64,000 nucleotides of DNA from an uncultured virus (IMG/VR IMGVR_UViG_3300021399_000139) (taxonomy: Duplodnaviria > Heunggongvirae > Uroviricota > Caudoviricetes): the IMG/VR virus record IMGVR_UViG_3300021399_000139. One strand, 5' to 3'. How positions within the stretch are numbered: position 1 is the stretch's first letter; every line of letters begins with the position of its first letter. Below, piece after piece: positions 40,669 to 48,101 of this stretch. Both the position numbers and the translations under genes were made by a program. A model generated the notes under the pieces. It searched no databases. It was not told the origin of the DNA and saw nothing but the letters and a program-made list of their open reading frames with translations.

Positions 40669-40722
40669 ATAAGAACTTCATGATAACTATTCATAACTTT
40701 TAATTATCATGAAGTTTAAACA

Positions 40723-40857
40723 CTAGATGCATTTTTGCATTACAGTCGCGTCTTCCACCTTCCGCCATATCCCACATTTAAGCAGGATAGCTGGACTCGA
40801 ACCAGCACGTCTTTATAGACAACTGTTCCCATTAGCATATATTGCTGTTAGCATCTA
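40723..40857 (-). ncRNA. Wrapper RNA W6 with permuted Leu-type tRNA
   Basis: Variable arm, T arm, UAUCCUGC-loop-GUGGGAUA, then D arm UGGCGGAA...GACGC. Confidence 0.8.
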
Positions 40858-40859
40858 AA

Positions 40860-40934
40860 TGGCTCATCAGGCTGGACTCGAACCAGCAGTCGCTCGGTTA
40901 ACAGCCGAGTGCTTCACCGTTAAGCTACTGATGA
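40860..40934 (-). tRNA. tRNA-Asn(GUU)
   Basis: UCAUCAG/CUGAUGA-GCCA. Confidence 0.92.
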
Positions 40935-40944
40935 ATAAATCAAA

Positions 40945-41091
40945 CAAGACACGCTGATGCTCTTTTTGTATGTAAGCATCAGATCACCAAGCTCACATTT
41001 TAAGCCATTGGAGCTTTTGATGGCCGATAGTCCTTTGCTATCTTGTTTTGTGTTTTTATGATCTAATTTAACTTTGCAGTTGACGTGTCTT
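40945..41091 (-). ncRNA. Wrapper RNA W7
   Basis: AAGACACG-UCAACUGCAA...CGUGUCUUG. Confidence 0.65.
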
Positions 41092-41308
41092 CAAATAGCA
41101 TCCTTTTTAACTGAATCTTACATCAGTCTCCGTACTTTAGGACAACGTTTAGCAACTAGTATTTCTGCTGCTATCTCTTTTCCTCATTTAAACTCGAAGG
41201 AAGAGCGAAACACGAGTTTCATCTACATGCATATTGATGATAGAGATTATAGGGAATGACTTTTCAGTCATTGCCTCCACCAATGTGTTTTGAGAAAACA
41301 CATAAAAC

Positions 41309-41394
41309 TGGTAGCGGGTGTGGGAAGTGCGCCCAACGAGGATTTCTCCGGTAGGTTATGGGCCTACTGACTTTGACTTCTAGTCTAACCCGCA
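41309..41394 (-). tRNA. Initiator-like tRNA-Met(CAU) with long variable arm
   Basis: 1:72 mismatch; GUAGG-CCCAUAA-CCUAC; ACCA end. Confidence 0.75.
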
Positions 41395-41545
41395 ATCTAA
41401 ATTTCGTCATTCCCATGAAAAACAACTAGCAAAGGAGAAAAAAGCCAGTTGATAACTTCCGGGCCAATGCATGCAAACAAACAACTAATCTATCAACTTG
41501 CTATGCATAAGTTTTTCTCTTAACCAATACTGACTTACTAATTGC

Positions 41546-41597
41546 CAAGATACATCAATCTATACCCAAAGATCTATAATGTTGCTGTATGTATCTT
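41546..41597 (-). ncRNA. Wrapper RNA W8 (minimal)
   Basis: AAGAUAC-AUACAGCAA...GUAUCUUG. Confidence 0.65.
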
Positions 41598-41602
41598 AAG
41601 TC

Positions 41603-41697
41603 GTCCACGCTAATCTACCATCAATGCATTGTCTGCTGCATTTAAGATAGACAGCCGCTCGGAGCTTGAGGACCTGTTTAACGACGCTCCGACGTCT
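41603..41697 (-). ncRNA. Pistol self-cleaving ribozyme
   Basis: P1 GACG/CGUC; loop UCGGAG pseudoknots with CUCCGA; UUAAACAG; P2 GUCC/GGAC; GCG; P3; GU cleavage site. Confidence 0.85.
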
Positions 41698-41813
41698 TTA
41701 CCACCAACTATCACCTGTCAAAGATCAACTACAAGTAGTATTTACTCATCAACTACTTGCATCTATATTATATCAAACTCCAAAGAATTTGTAAACGTTG
41801 CATCTTAAATTTT

Positions 41814-41889
41814 TGGTTGGGGATCCGAGACTCGAACTCGGACGTACAGGATCAAAACCTGCTCTGCTGGCCAATTACAGTAATCCCCA
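41814..41889 (-). tRNA. tRNA-Gln(UUG)
   Basis: UGGGGAU/AUCCCCA-ACCA; UU-UUG-AU. Confidence 0.92.
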
Positions 41890-41896
41890 ATGCAAT

Positions 41897-42127
41897 TCAC
41901 ATGTTGAAGTACTGCCAGTAGCAGTTGACGCCGTTCTTAAGCGTCACCATGTAGTAGTCAAGAGTCTTTGGCTTGATCCATCCACAGTTGATAGATCCAG
42001 GGTGCTTTGTACAGAAGAATGCTGCATCGTCTTCAATGTGCTGCTTTGCTGCTACATTGTTCTTGAACGTCTTACAGCAGACAGAAGTAAGTCTCTCATT
42101 GTCTTTACGAAATGCTACAATTGTCAT
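41897..42127 (-). CDS. Hypothetical protein
   Basis: AAGGAG RBS. Confidence 0.7.
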   Translation of the reverse strand: MTIVAFRKDNERLTSVCCKTFKNNVAAKQHIEDDAAFFCTKHPGSINCGWIKPKTLDYYMVTLKNGVNCYWQYFNM

Positions 42128-42140
42128 GGTTGATTCTCCT

Positions 42141-42479
42141 TTATTTCCAAAACTCTACGTGCTTTGGAAGATTAAGTCTCCAAGAACACACTTTCAAATG
42201 CAGTCCATGATTAGGAAGCACTGCAACTTTTGCAAAAGTGCTACCAGATGTCTCATCACATTGGATGTTTCTTGCATATGGCCTTTTGTCAATGTAGCGC
42301 TTGAGAGCATCATAGACATTCACTCCATAGATGATTGCATCTGGATGTGGCTCATCTGGTGTAGCTAAGTCAGCTATGTATATGTCATTGATGTCATCAA
42401 AGCCAAACATTGACTTGGAGAACCAGACTTTCCATGTCTTGATTTTCTGTCTAAGTTTCTTCACTTTATTGACATTCAT
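42141..42479 (-). CDS. Hypothetical protein
   Basis: Early promoter upstream. Confidence 0.7.
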   Translation of the reverse strand: MNVNKVKKLRQKIKTWKVWFSKSMFGFDDINDIYIADLATPDEPHPDAIIYGVNVYDALKRYIDKRPYARNIQCDETSGSTFAKVAVLPNHGLHLKVCSWRLNLPKHVEFWK

Positions 42480-42564
42480 AGTGGCACTTTTCCTTTAGTT
42501 GTTTGACATCGTAATTATATCAAACTACTATAGTAGTGTTAACTCTAGCCAATGCGCATATTCA

Positions 42565-43080
42565 TCAATTTATGTCTATGCACAACTCTTCTTGGATTAC
42601 AAGCTGCTCAAGATTGTCTATCTTGAAGATGCACTGTCTATAATCATCCCACTTCACAACATTGCCTGCTTGTTCAATCTCAATGAGATAGTGCTTTCGT
42701 AGTGCACCAAGAACCTGCTTCACTATCTCATGCTTTATGTCTGTCAAGTTCTTGGCAGTCATCTTGAAAGCCCACGAGACTTCTTTAAGACAGCCATAGA
42801 AGTACTCTATGCTGACTGCCATGTCAGGCATCTTGCCTTGCCAACTAAGACATCTACGGTACAAATGGTCTGTTGCCCATGTAAATTCTATTCTTCTATG
42901 GTTTGCATACAATGGACGGACACGGCTGTTCTTGAAGACATCTAAGTACATCTTATGGCTGCGTGGACTCCACTCAACCATGAATTGGTCTACATTGAAG
43001 TGCTTCAGCAGCACTTTGTACAAGATGTCAGCTCTCTTCTTTGTTGCTCGCATTGCAGAAGGAATTATATCAAAATACAA
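42565..43080 (-). CDS. Hypothetical, DL-tag-like (start probably about 43053)
   Basis: DNLEQLVIQEEL. Confidence 0.65.
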   Translation of the reverse strand: MYFDIIPSAMRATKKRADILYKVLLKHFNVDQFMVEWSPRSHKMYLDVFKNSRVRPLYANHRRIEFTWATDHLYRRCLSWQGKMPDMAVSIEYFYGCLKEVSWAFKMTAKNLTDIKHEIVKQVLGALRKHYLIEIEQAGNVVKWDDYRQCIFKIDNLEQLVIQEELCIDIN

Positions 43081-43099
43081 ATAAGATGTTAACTAAAGA

Positions 43100-43177
43100 T
43101 GGTGGGCCCGAGTGGGAACGATCCACTGCCTCAGGATTTTCAGTCCCGTATACGACAACCAACTATACGACAGACCC
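43100..43177 (-). tRNA. tRNA-Phe(GAA)
   Basis: GGGUCUG/CGGGCCC-ACCA; CU-GAA-AA. Confidence 0.88.
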
Positions 43178-43184
43178 ATTAGAA

Positions 43185-43259
43185 TGGTCACAGTGACGAG
43201 TGCTGCCCTCGTTTCCCCCGTCTTAAAAGGACGATGCCTAACTGTTCGGCCACACTGTG
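43185..43259 (-). tRNA. tRNA-Lys(UUU)
   Basis: CACAGUG/CACUGUG-ACCA; CU-UUU-AA. Confidence 0.88.
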
Positions 43260-43283
43260 TTATTAATTTAAATATGGCGTTTC

Positions 43284-43685
43284 TTATGTACTACTATATA
43301 AGTCTAAACTGATCATTGCTGAATATCGATCTAATTTGCCATACAATGGATTTGATATTCGTCTATCAAGACAATCTTTCCAGCTTATTGTGTAGTTACC
43401 AAGAAAAAATGACTTACCTATGAACAAGAACCAATCTAACTCTTCTATAGTGCAAGACTCCAGTCTCTTTGTTCCACCATCTTCAAGCATCACTTCACCA
43501 TAAGTTGTATCTTTGCCAACATCATATGTCTTAATTGACTTGACTGCTCGATATTGGTCGAGCTCAAACCAATTGTAGCCAAAGAGCTTTAGATATATCA
43601 TTTTAAGCTCATCAAGTGAGAACCTACATGGCCATCTCCAATTGCCTGGAGGATCAAACCTATGTGCTTTTAGCTTAGCATTCAT
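43284..43685 (-). CDS. Hypothetical, DL-tag family
   Basis: NPLYGKLDRYSAMISLDL. Confidence 0.7.
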   Translation of the reverse strand: MNAKLKAHRFDPPGNWRWPCRFSLDELKMIYLKLFGYNWFELDQYRAVKSIKTYDVGKDTTYGEVMLEDGGTKRLESCTIEELDWFLFIGKSFFLGNYTISWKDCLDRRISNPLYGKLDRYSAMISLDLYSST

Positions 43686-43704
43686 GAATGTTTACCTATA
43701 AAAT

Positions 43705-43791
43705 TGGTCCCGGAAGGGAGATGCGCGCTCCCACGAAGTTTCCTTCAACAGATTTTGAGTCTGTCATGTCTGCTTATTCCATCATTCCGGG
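43705..43791 (-). tRNA. tRNA-Leu(CAA)
   Basis: CCCGGAA/UUCCGGG-ACCA; CU-CAA-AA; variable arm. Confidence 0.88.
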
Positions 43792-43833
43792 TTATATAAA
43801 ATCTTTTAGCTTTGTCAACTAAACCAATAATAG

Positions 43834-44061
43834 CTAAGCCAATCTTGGTATGAAACAACTTGTAACTTGTAACTTGACATTTGGCAGATTTAAGTCAATG
43901 AATATTTTGCACTCTTCAAAAGTATTGAACTCTGCTATAAAGTCAAAACTAATAGATGAATAGACATTCTTCACTTTGTAGTACGAACCTTCTAGCATCC
44001 ATGTGCCGCCACCGCACTCACACGCTTTCAAAGTCTTGATTTTGTCAAATTCCAACTTCAT
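43834..44061 (-). CDS. Hypothetical, DL-tag-like
   Basis: NTFEECKIFIDL. Confidence 0.6.
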   Translation of the reverse strand: MKLEFDKIKTLKACECGGGTWMLEGSYYKVKNVYSSISFDFIAEFNTFEECKIFIDLNLPNVKLQVTSCFIPRLA

Positions 44062-44119
44062 GACTTAAATTATATCAAGGCTTCTATTCTTTGTTAACTT
44101 AGTACCTCAAATGAAGTAT

Positions 44120-44194
44120 TGGCGTCGCATACCGGTACCGCCCCGGTGTCACCTCCTTGAAAGAGAGGGGATCTAACTTTTAATCAAATGCGAC
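44120..44194 (-). tRNA. tRNA-Glu(UUC)
   Basis: GUCGCAU/AUGCGAC-GCCA; CU-UUC-AA. Confidence 0.88.
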
Positions 44195-44304
44195 TAAGAC
44201 GTGAAACCTAAGAGATGAGCCAAAACCACAGGTTTTCTTCCTGTTCAAAAATTCTCATCGCCGCCGTTTAGACATTTTGCTTGGTTGATCTATTCTTAGG
44301 TTTC

Positions 44305-44458
44305 TAGGAGTTGCATCTAGTGCATTCAACCAGACTCTGCCACAGTAGCACAAGCCGTGCTATAGAAGGATTTGAACCTTCGATTAGGGATACTAGGACT
44401 ACTAAAGCTACCGGTCTTGCGGAAGTAGCCACCTAATTCTAGATGTTGTTTGCTCCTA
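44305..44458 (-). ncRNA. Circularly permuted Ser-type tRNA mimic with a variant outer stem
   Basis: UAGGAG/CUCCUA and CAUCUAG/CUAGAUG outer helices; T arm precedes D arm. Confidence 0.7.
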
Positions 44459-44474
44459 TCTAAATCTTTAAAAT

Positions 44475-44556
44475 CGGAGAGAGCGTGACTTGCACACGCA
44501 CACCCTTTCGGGCGACTCCTTAGCAAGGAGTTCCAATACTATTATGGGATCTCTCC
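44475..44556 (-). tRNA. tRNA-Ser(GCU), CCA not encoded
   Basis: GGAGAGA/UCUCUCC-G; variable arm. Confidence 0.88.
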
Positions 44557-44564
44557 AAAATCGA

Positions 44565-44717
44565 ATACGGCGTTCCCGTCTAGCAGGGTCATGAACCTTG
44601 GACTACGTAGACTCAAGAGCTACTTGTGGTGGCTGGCAACATCTTCCGGAAGTTTTACGCGCTTGGCTGTTTAGCGCCTCCAGTTGGCACTTTTTCGCTC
44701 ATCAGGCATGCCGTCAT
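44565..44717 (-). ncRNA. 6S RNA-like candidate
   Basis: Ends pair (ACGGC/GCCGU); 3' side CUUGAG...GUUCAUGA-CCCUGC..ACGG resembles 6S. Confidence 0.35.
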
Positions 44718-44777
44718 ACCTCCAGATTTAATGCTCGCCGCGGAGATAAATCTGGAAAAATTTTATTGCAAGTCTAG

Positions 44778-44863
44778 TGGTCGTCGGGGTTGGACTCGCA
44801 CCAACGGTGTTTCTAATGTGGCAGATTTACAGTCTGCTGCGCTCGCTACTTAGCCACCCGACG
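44778..44863 (-). tRNA. tRNA-Tyr(GUA) with C1:G72
   Basis: CGUCGGG/CCCGACG-ACCA; CU-GUA-AA. Confidence 0.88.
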
Positions 44864-45007
44864 ATTAAATGACTTCTGCATTTAGCACTTACCACCACGC
44901 CGACCAGTTGACTGTTAAGAACATTCAGCGTTCTTTTTATTGTTCCATTGGAGTAGGAAGCGACCGCGCCCTGCCATGCAGAAAAATAGTATTTCACTTC
45001 AATAAAA

Positions 45008-45144
45008 CAAGATCCAAGTGGCCAAACCACTATGATACGCTGCTCTATCAGCTGAGCTACATCCTCATTTCTGGCGAGGATGGCTGGACTTAAACCAGCG
45101 ACCAGCGGCTTAACATGCAAAATGAACATTGCTGTATGGATCTT
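45008..45144 (-). ncRNA. Wrapper RNA W9 with circularly permuted tRNA
   Basis: T arm, CAUCCUC-GCCA-GAAAU-GAGGAUG, then D arm GCUC..GAGC. Confidence 0.8.
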
Positions 45145-45148
45145 AAAT

Positions 45149-45241
45149 TGGTAGGAGAGGTGGGACTCGAACCCACGATTGATGTAATCTCAAGAACCAA
45201 CTACGTGTCTACGGCTTATAAGACCGCGTCGCTACTCTCCT
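45149..45241 (-). tRNA. Atypical tRNA-Ile(UAU), no D arm, large variable region
   Basis: AGGAGAG/CUCUCCU-ACCA; GCGGU-CUUAUAA-GCCGU; canonical T arm. Confidence 0.7.
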
Positions 45242-45552
45242 ATTAAATCCGGGAGGGTTTGTTTGTCGGAGCCATCGTATCAAATACGCTTGCGGCCAAT
45301 TCCAACAGAGCAAGCTGAACGTGATGCATGCACGTAGCTTCCACCCACAACTCTTTGCAAGTAGCATCTACTGAACCGTCAAGCAGTTCCCGGCAGATGC
45401 CTTTTGTAAAAGCGAACTAGCACTATCTATTTGACATATAGAAGATTCCCAGCTCCGAACTGAGTCTTTCAACAACTAAGTCTATAGCCATCGTGTTGTC
45501 AATACGCCAACTATAGTCCTAGCAGACGCGTTTATCTCGTCAATCTTGTCGT

Positions 45553-45659
45553 GCCATAAGAAAAAGCTAACTTAAGCCATGCTGGAGTCGAACCAACTTC
45601 AGTCTCCTGTACCCGAGACTAATCCTAGCCGTTAGAATGAGTGGCATAGTCTTTCTCTC
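45553..45659 (-). ncRNA. tRNA-like RNA with extended acceptor helix and non-canonical anticodon loop
   Basis: D-like arm, AGUCUC/GAGACU stem, GUUGG-UUCGACU-CCAGC T arm, no CCA. Confidence 0.5.
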
Positions 45660-45911
45660 ATTTGTTCCGTAGCGCACTATAGATACTGTGCACTACCGCG
45701 TTTGGCCTAAAAACCTGTTTTTTCGTCGCCAAACCGACGGGCAAAAGCTCTCAACTTCTGCCAGAGGCTCACAACCTCTCTTAGTCTTACTCACTAGTCT
45801 GTCAAGTAAGACTGCCATCAACTATAAATGTCAAAGATCAAATTCAACAGCGTTCTGCTGTTGGTAGCAATTATATCAAGTTTTTTCGAGTTTGTTAACT
45901 ACTTTGTCAAG

Positions 45912-45975
45912 AAAAAATAAAACTTCCACATTTTGTGTGGAAGTCTTGATATAACTGCATTTGTAGACTTCCACG
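45912..45975 (-). terminator. Terminator with a competing antiterminator
   Basis: ACUUCCACA/UGUGGAAGU plus U tract; upstream GUGGAAGUCU is also complementary to AGACUUCCAC. Confidence 0.8.
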
Positions 45976-46059
45976 TCAAGAAATTATATAACGTTCAAAT
46001 GCTGGGTTTTTGCTGAATCCAGTTATTTGCAACGCTTTAAATTGTCTTTCCATTTTCAT
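45976..46059 (-). CDS. Putative 27 aa leader peptide MKMERQFKALQITGFSKNPAFERYIIS
   Basis: Stop codon abuts the antiterminator strand. Confidence 0.6.
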   Translation of the reverse strand: MKMERQFKALQITGFSKNPAFERYIIS

Positions 46060-46133
46060 CTTACAAAATATATATACTCATGAAAGATGCACACCTTTTG
46101 AAAATATTTCAACTATTTTCTAGGCAATTTGTC

Positions 46134-46559
46134 TTAAGTTTCATCAGTCTCAACAAGAGCACGCATCTGGTCAATGACTTTGTAGCACTTCTCAGACGAG
46201 CAGTAGGTGTTGCCATACTTCTTGAAGAAGCGCTTCATAGTCTTCAAAACATTTTTTGCTTCATTGACCATTTTCTTCTCATTAGTGGTATCAATGAACT
46301 CCCAGTCACGGACCATCGTAGACATGTCAGTTCCAGCGCCAACCTCGCTGAGCTTGAACTTCTTAGCAAGACCATAGACAAGCTGGTTTGCTTTGTCCCA
46401 GCCACCGACTTTGTTTGTGTCAACCCAGATCTGCACAGTTACACCTGTCTTAGATACCGAGCACTTGAAGCCTTTAGGCAAGTTTTCAAGGATACGAGCC
46501 TTCAAAGATGATGTCACTGTCTTCTGCGATGGACGCTTGTAGTTGTCGAATGTTGCCAT
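46134..46559 (-). CDS. Hypothetical protein
   Basis: Early cassette and RBS. Confidence 0.75.
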   Translation of the reverse strand: MATFDNYKRPSQKTVTSSLKARILENLPKGFKCSVSKTGVTVQIWVDTNKVGGWDKANQLVYGLAKKFKLSEVGAGTDMSTMVRDWEFIDTTNEKKMVNEAKNVLKTMKRFFKKYGNTYCSSEKCYKVIDQMRALVETDET

Positions 46560-46632
46560 TTGTCTTCTTCTCCTTTAGTAGTGGTGGTTGACAATGCTGA
46601 TTATATCAAAAGCCTAGAGATTTGTTAATTGC

Positions 46633-47031
46633 TCATAGCATGAAGTCTAATTTGATTTTCAACGCTTCATAGTTGCTGATGCCAAAGAAGATGTTTTGGA
46701 TCATCTTGTCATTGACCTGGTCATAAAAGTACTTTATTGTCCCTAGGCTTTCTGGTGTATCTGGTCCTTCATCAACAAAATCATCATTCTCATCAAAACT
46801 AGACATGCCAAAATAGCGTTTGGGCATATGTGGCGTTCTTACGTATACTTCCCATGTCTTTTTGTTCCGCTTGAAGACAAGACCCATCTTCTTCAAAGCT
46901 GCATGCATCAATGCGTCATTCTTCTTCCACTTTTCTTCTAAAGACTTTGTCATATAGCTTTCCTCAAGCAACAGGCTTAACTTCTTTGAACGAGTCGATG
47001 CGTACTCCAAGAGAGTTGATTTTTCTCTCAA
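46633..47031 (-). CDS. Hypothetical, DL-tag family (start probably about 46953)
   Basis: NIFFGISNYEALKIKLDF. Confidence 0.7.
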   Translation of the reverse strand: MREKSTLLEYASTRSKKLSLLLEESYMTKSLEEKWKKNDALMHAALKKMGLVFKRNKKTWEVYVRTPHMPKRYFGMSSFDENDDFVDEGPDTPESLGTIKYFYDQVNDKMIQNIFFGISNYEALKIKLDFML

Positions 47032-47167
47032 TAGCCTTTTTGAGTTTTGCCTTGACAGAAGAAGATGAATTCAATATGCTGACAATCGTCTTTCCAGAAC
47101 CAAGATTTGTGCCATTCCAAGGCTTGACATTTGTATATTCAACTTCATAGTCGGTAAAGTTAGGCAT
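46964..47167 (-). CDS. Hypothetical protein
   Basis: AAGGAG RBS. Confidence 0.65.
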   Translation of the reverse strand: MPNFTDYEVEYTNVKPWNGTNLGSGKTIVSILNSSSSVKAKLKKAIERKINSLGVRIDSFKEVKPVA

Positions 47168-47351
47168 TGTTAGTCTCCTTTGTCTCTTGTTTTTTCACAA
47201 TCTTTGTTCTAGATCCATAATGTCCTTTTGCTCTGTCAATGGCAGTCATTTGACGAAGTTTCTTTGCAACTTCAGGCCGCCATTCAGACTTAGCAACACA
47301 AAACCATTCAGTCTTGTATTTAGCTGACTCTCTATAATAGCCATAGTACAT
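47160..47351 (-). CDS. Hypothetical protein
   Basis: Early cassette and RBS before MYYGYY. Confidence 0.7.
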   Translation of the reverse strand: MYYGYYRESAKYKTEWFCVAKSEWRPEVAKKLRQMTAIDRAKGHYGSRTKIVKKQETKETNNA

Positions 47352-47456
47352 GTTTTCTCCTTTTGTTTTAGTTGACAGCAGAATTATATCAAAAAACCTA
47401 GAGTTCATTAACTCTAGGTTTTGCGCATCTAGGTGCTGCTCTTCTCAACAGAAATC

Positions 47457-47756
47457 TCACTTTATGGGGTCAGGCACTGCTGCATCAAGGCCACCTTCAA
47501 CATGCTTGACAATACGGCCATTGCTCTTGCGGAACTCTTCATTGAACCAAGCAAGATATTCCTGACTCTGCCTATCAAGATTCATGTTCTTTAGAATACG
47601 AGGCTTTCCATACCACGAGCCATTCTTGCTGTCGCTTGTATAGCGAATACTTACAGGATCTGGAATAGGGTAAGGAGTCTCAGGACCAAGCATACGGTCC
47701 ATGATTTCCTTCTTCTTGCGCTCATGATAAGCAATTCGTTCAGTGTCGTTTAGCAT
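47457..47756 (-). CDS. Hypothetical protein
   Basis: AAGGAG RBS. Confidence 0.7.
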   Translation of the reverse strand: MLNDTERIAYHERKKKEIMDRMLGPETPYPIPDPVSIRYTSDSKNGSWYGKPRILKNMNLDRQSQEYLAWFNEEFRKSNGRIVKHVEGGLDAAVPDPIK

Positions 47757-47807
47757 TTTAGACTTCTCCTTTTGGATTTGTTTGCAAAGACAATTATATC
47801 AATTTTT

Positions 47808-48101
47808 CTAGGTTTTGTTAACTGTTGGGCTAGCAATTTTTACAAGGTGGAATTTCCAATCACGTAGTTCATATTCTCCTTTAAAGAAGTCTATCCATTG
47901 TTTAGGAGTGCCAAACCCTTTGGTGCCATATACATTGATAGATGGAAACTTCATCGCATCTTCTAGAGAGTCAACAATTCTATAGACATCTTTTGATGTT
48001 CTAGACTTGTCTATGCTAAGGAATCCTGTATTGTCATGGTCATTCAAGTTGAAACAACGAATGACATACCATTTAGCATTAGTTGCTGTCACTTTTGGCA
48101 T
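47808..48101 (-). CDS. Hypothetical protein
   Basis: ORF in operon. Confidence 0.65.
   Translation of the reverse strand: MPKVTATNAKWYVIRCFNLNDHDNTGFLSIDKSRTSKDVYRIVDSLEDAMKFPSINVYGTKGFGTPKQWIDFFKGEYELRDWKFHLVKIASPTVNKT

Noticed and set aside
41251..41283. Second degenerate IS right end
   Set aside because: Only loose similarity, and its 5' arm also pairs with 41406-41414 around the tRNA.
44690..44706. Hammerhead core CUGAUGAGCGAAA
   Set aside because: No stem II and no matching stems I or III.
38074..45659. Theta (HDV-like) ribozymes after tRNAs
   Set aside because: No nested double-pseudoknot pattern seen 3' of any tRNA by eye.
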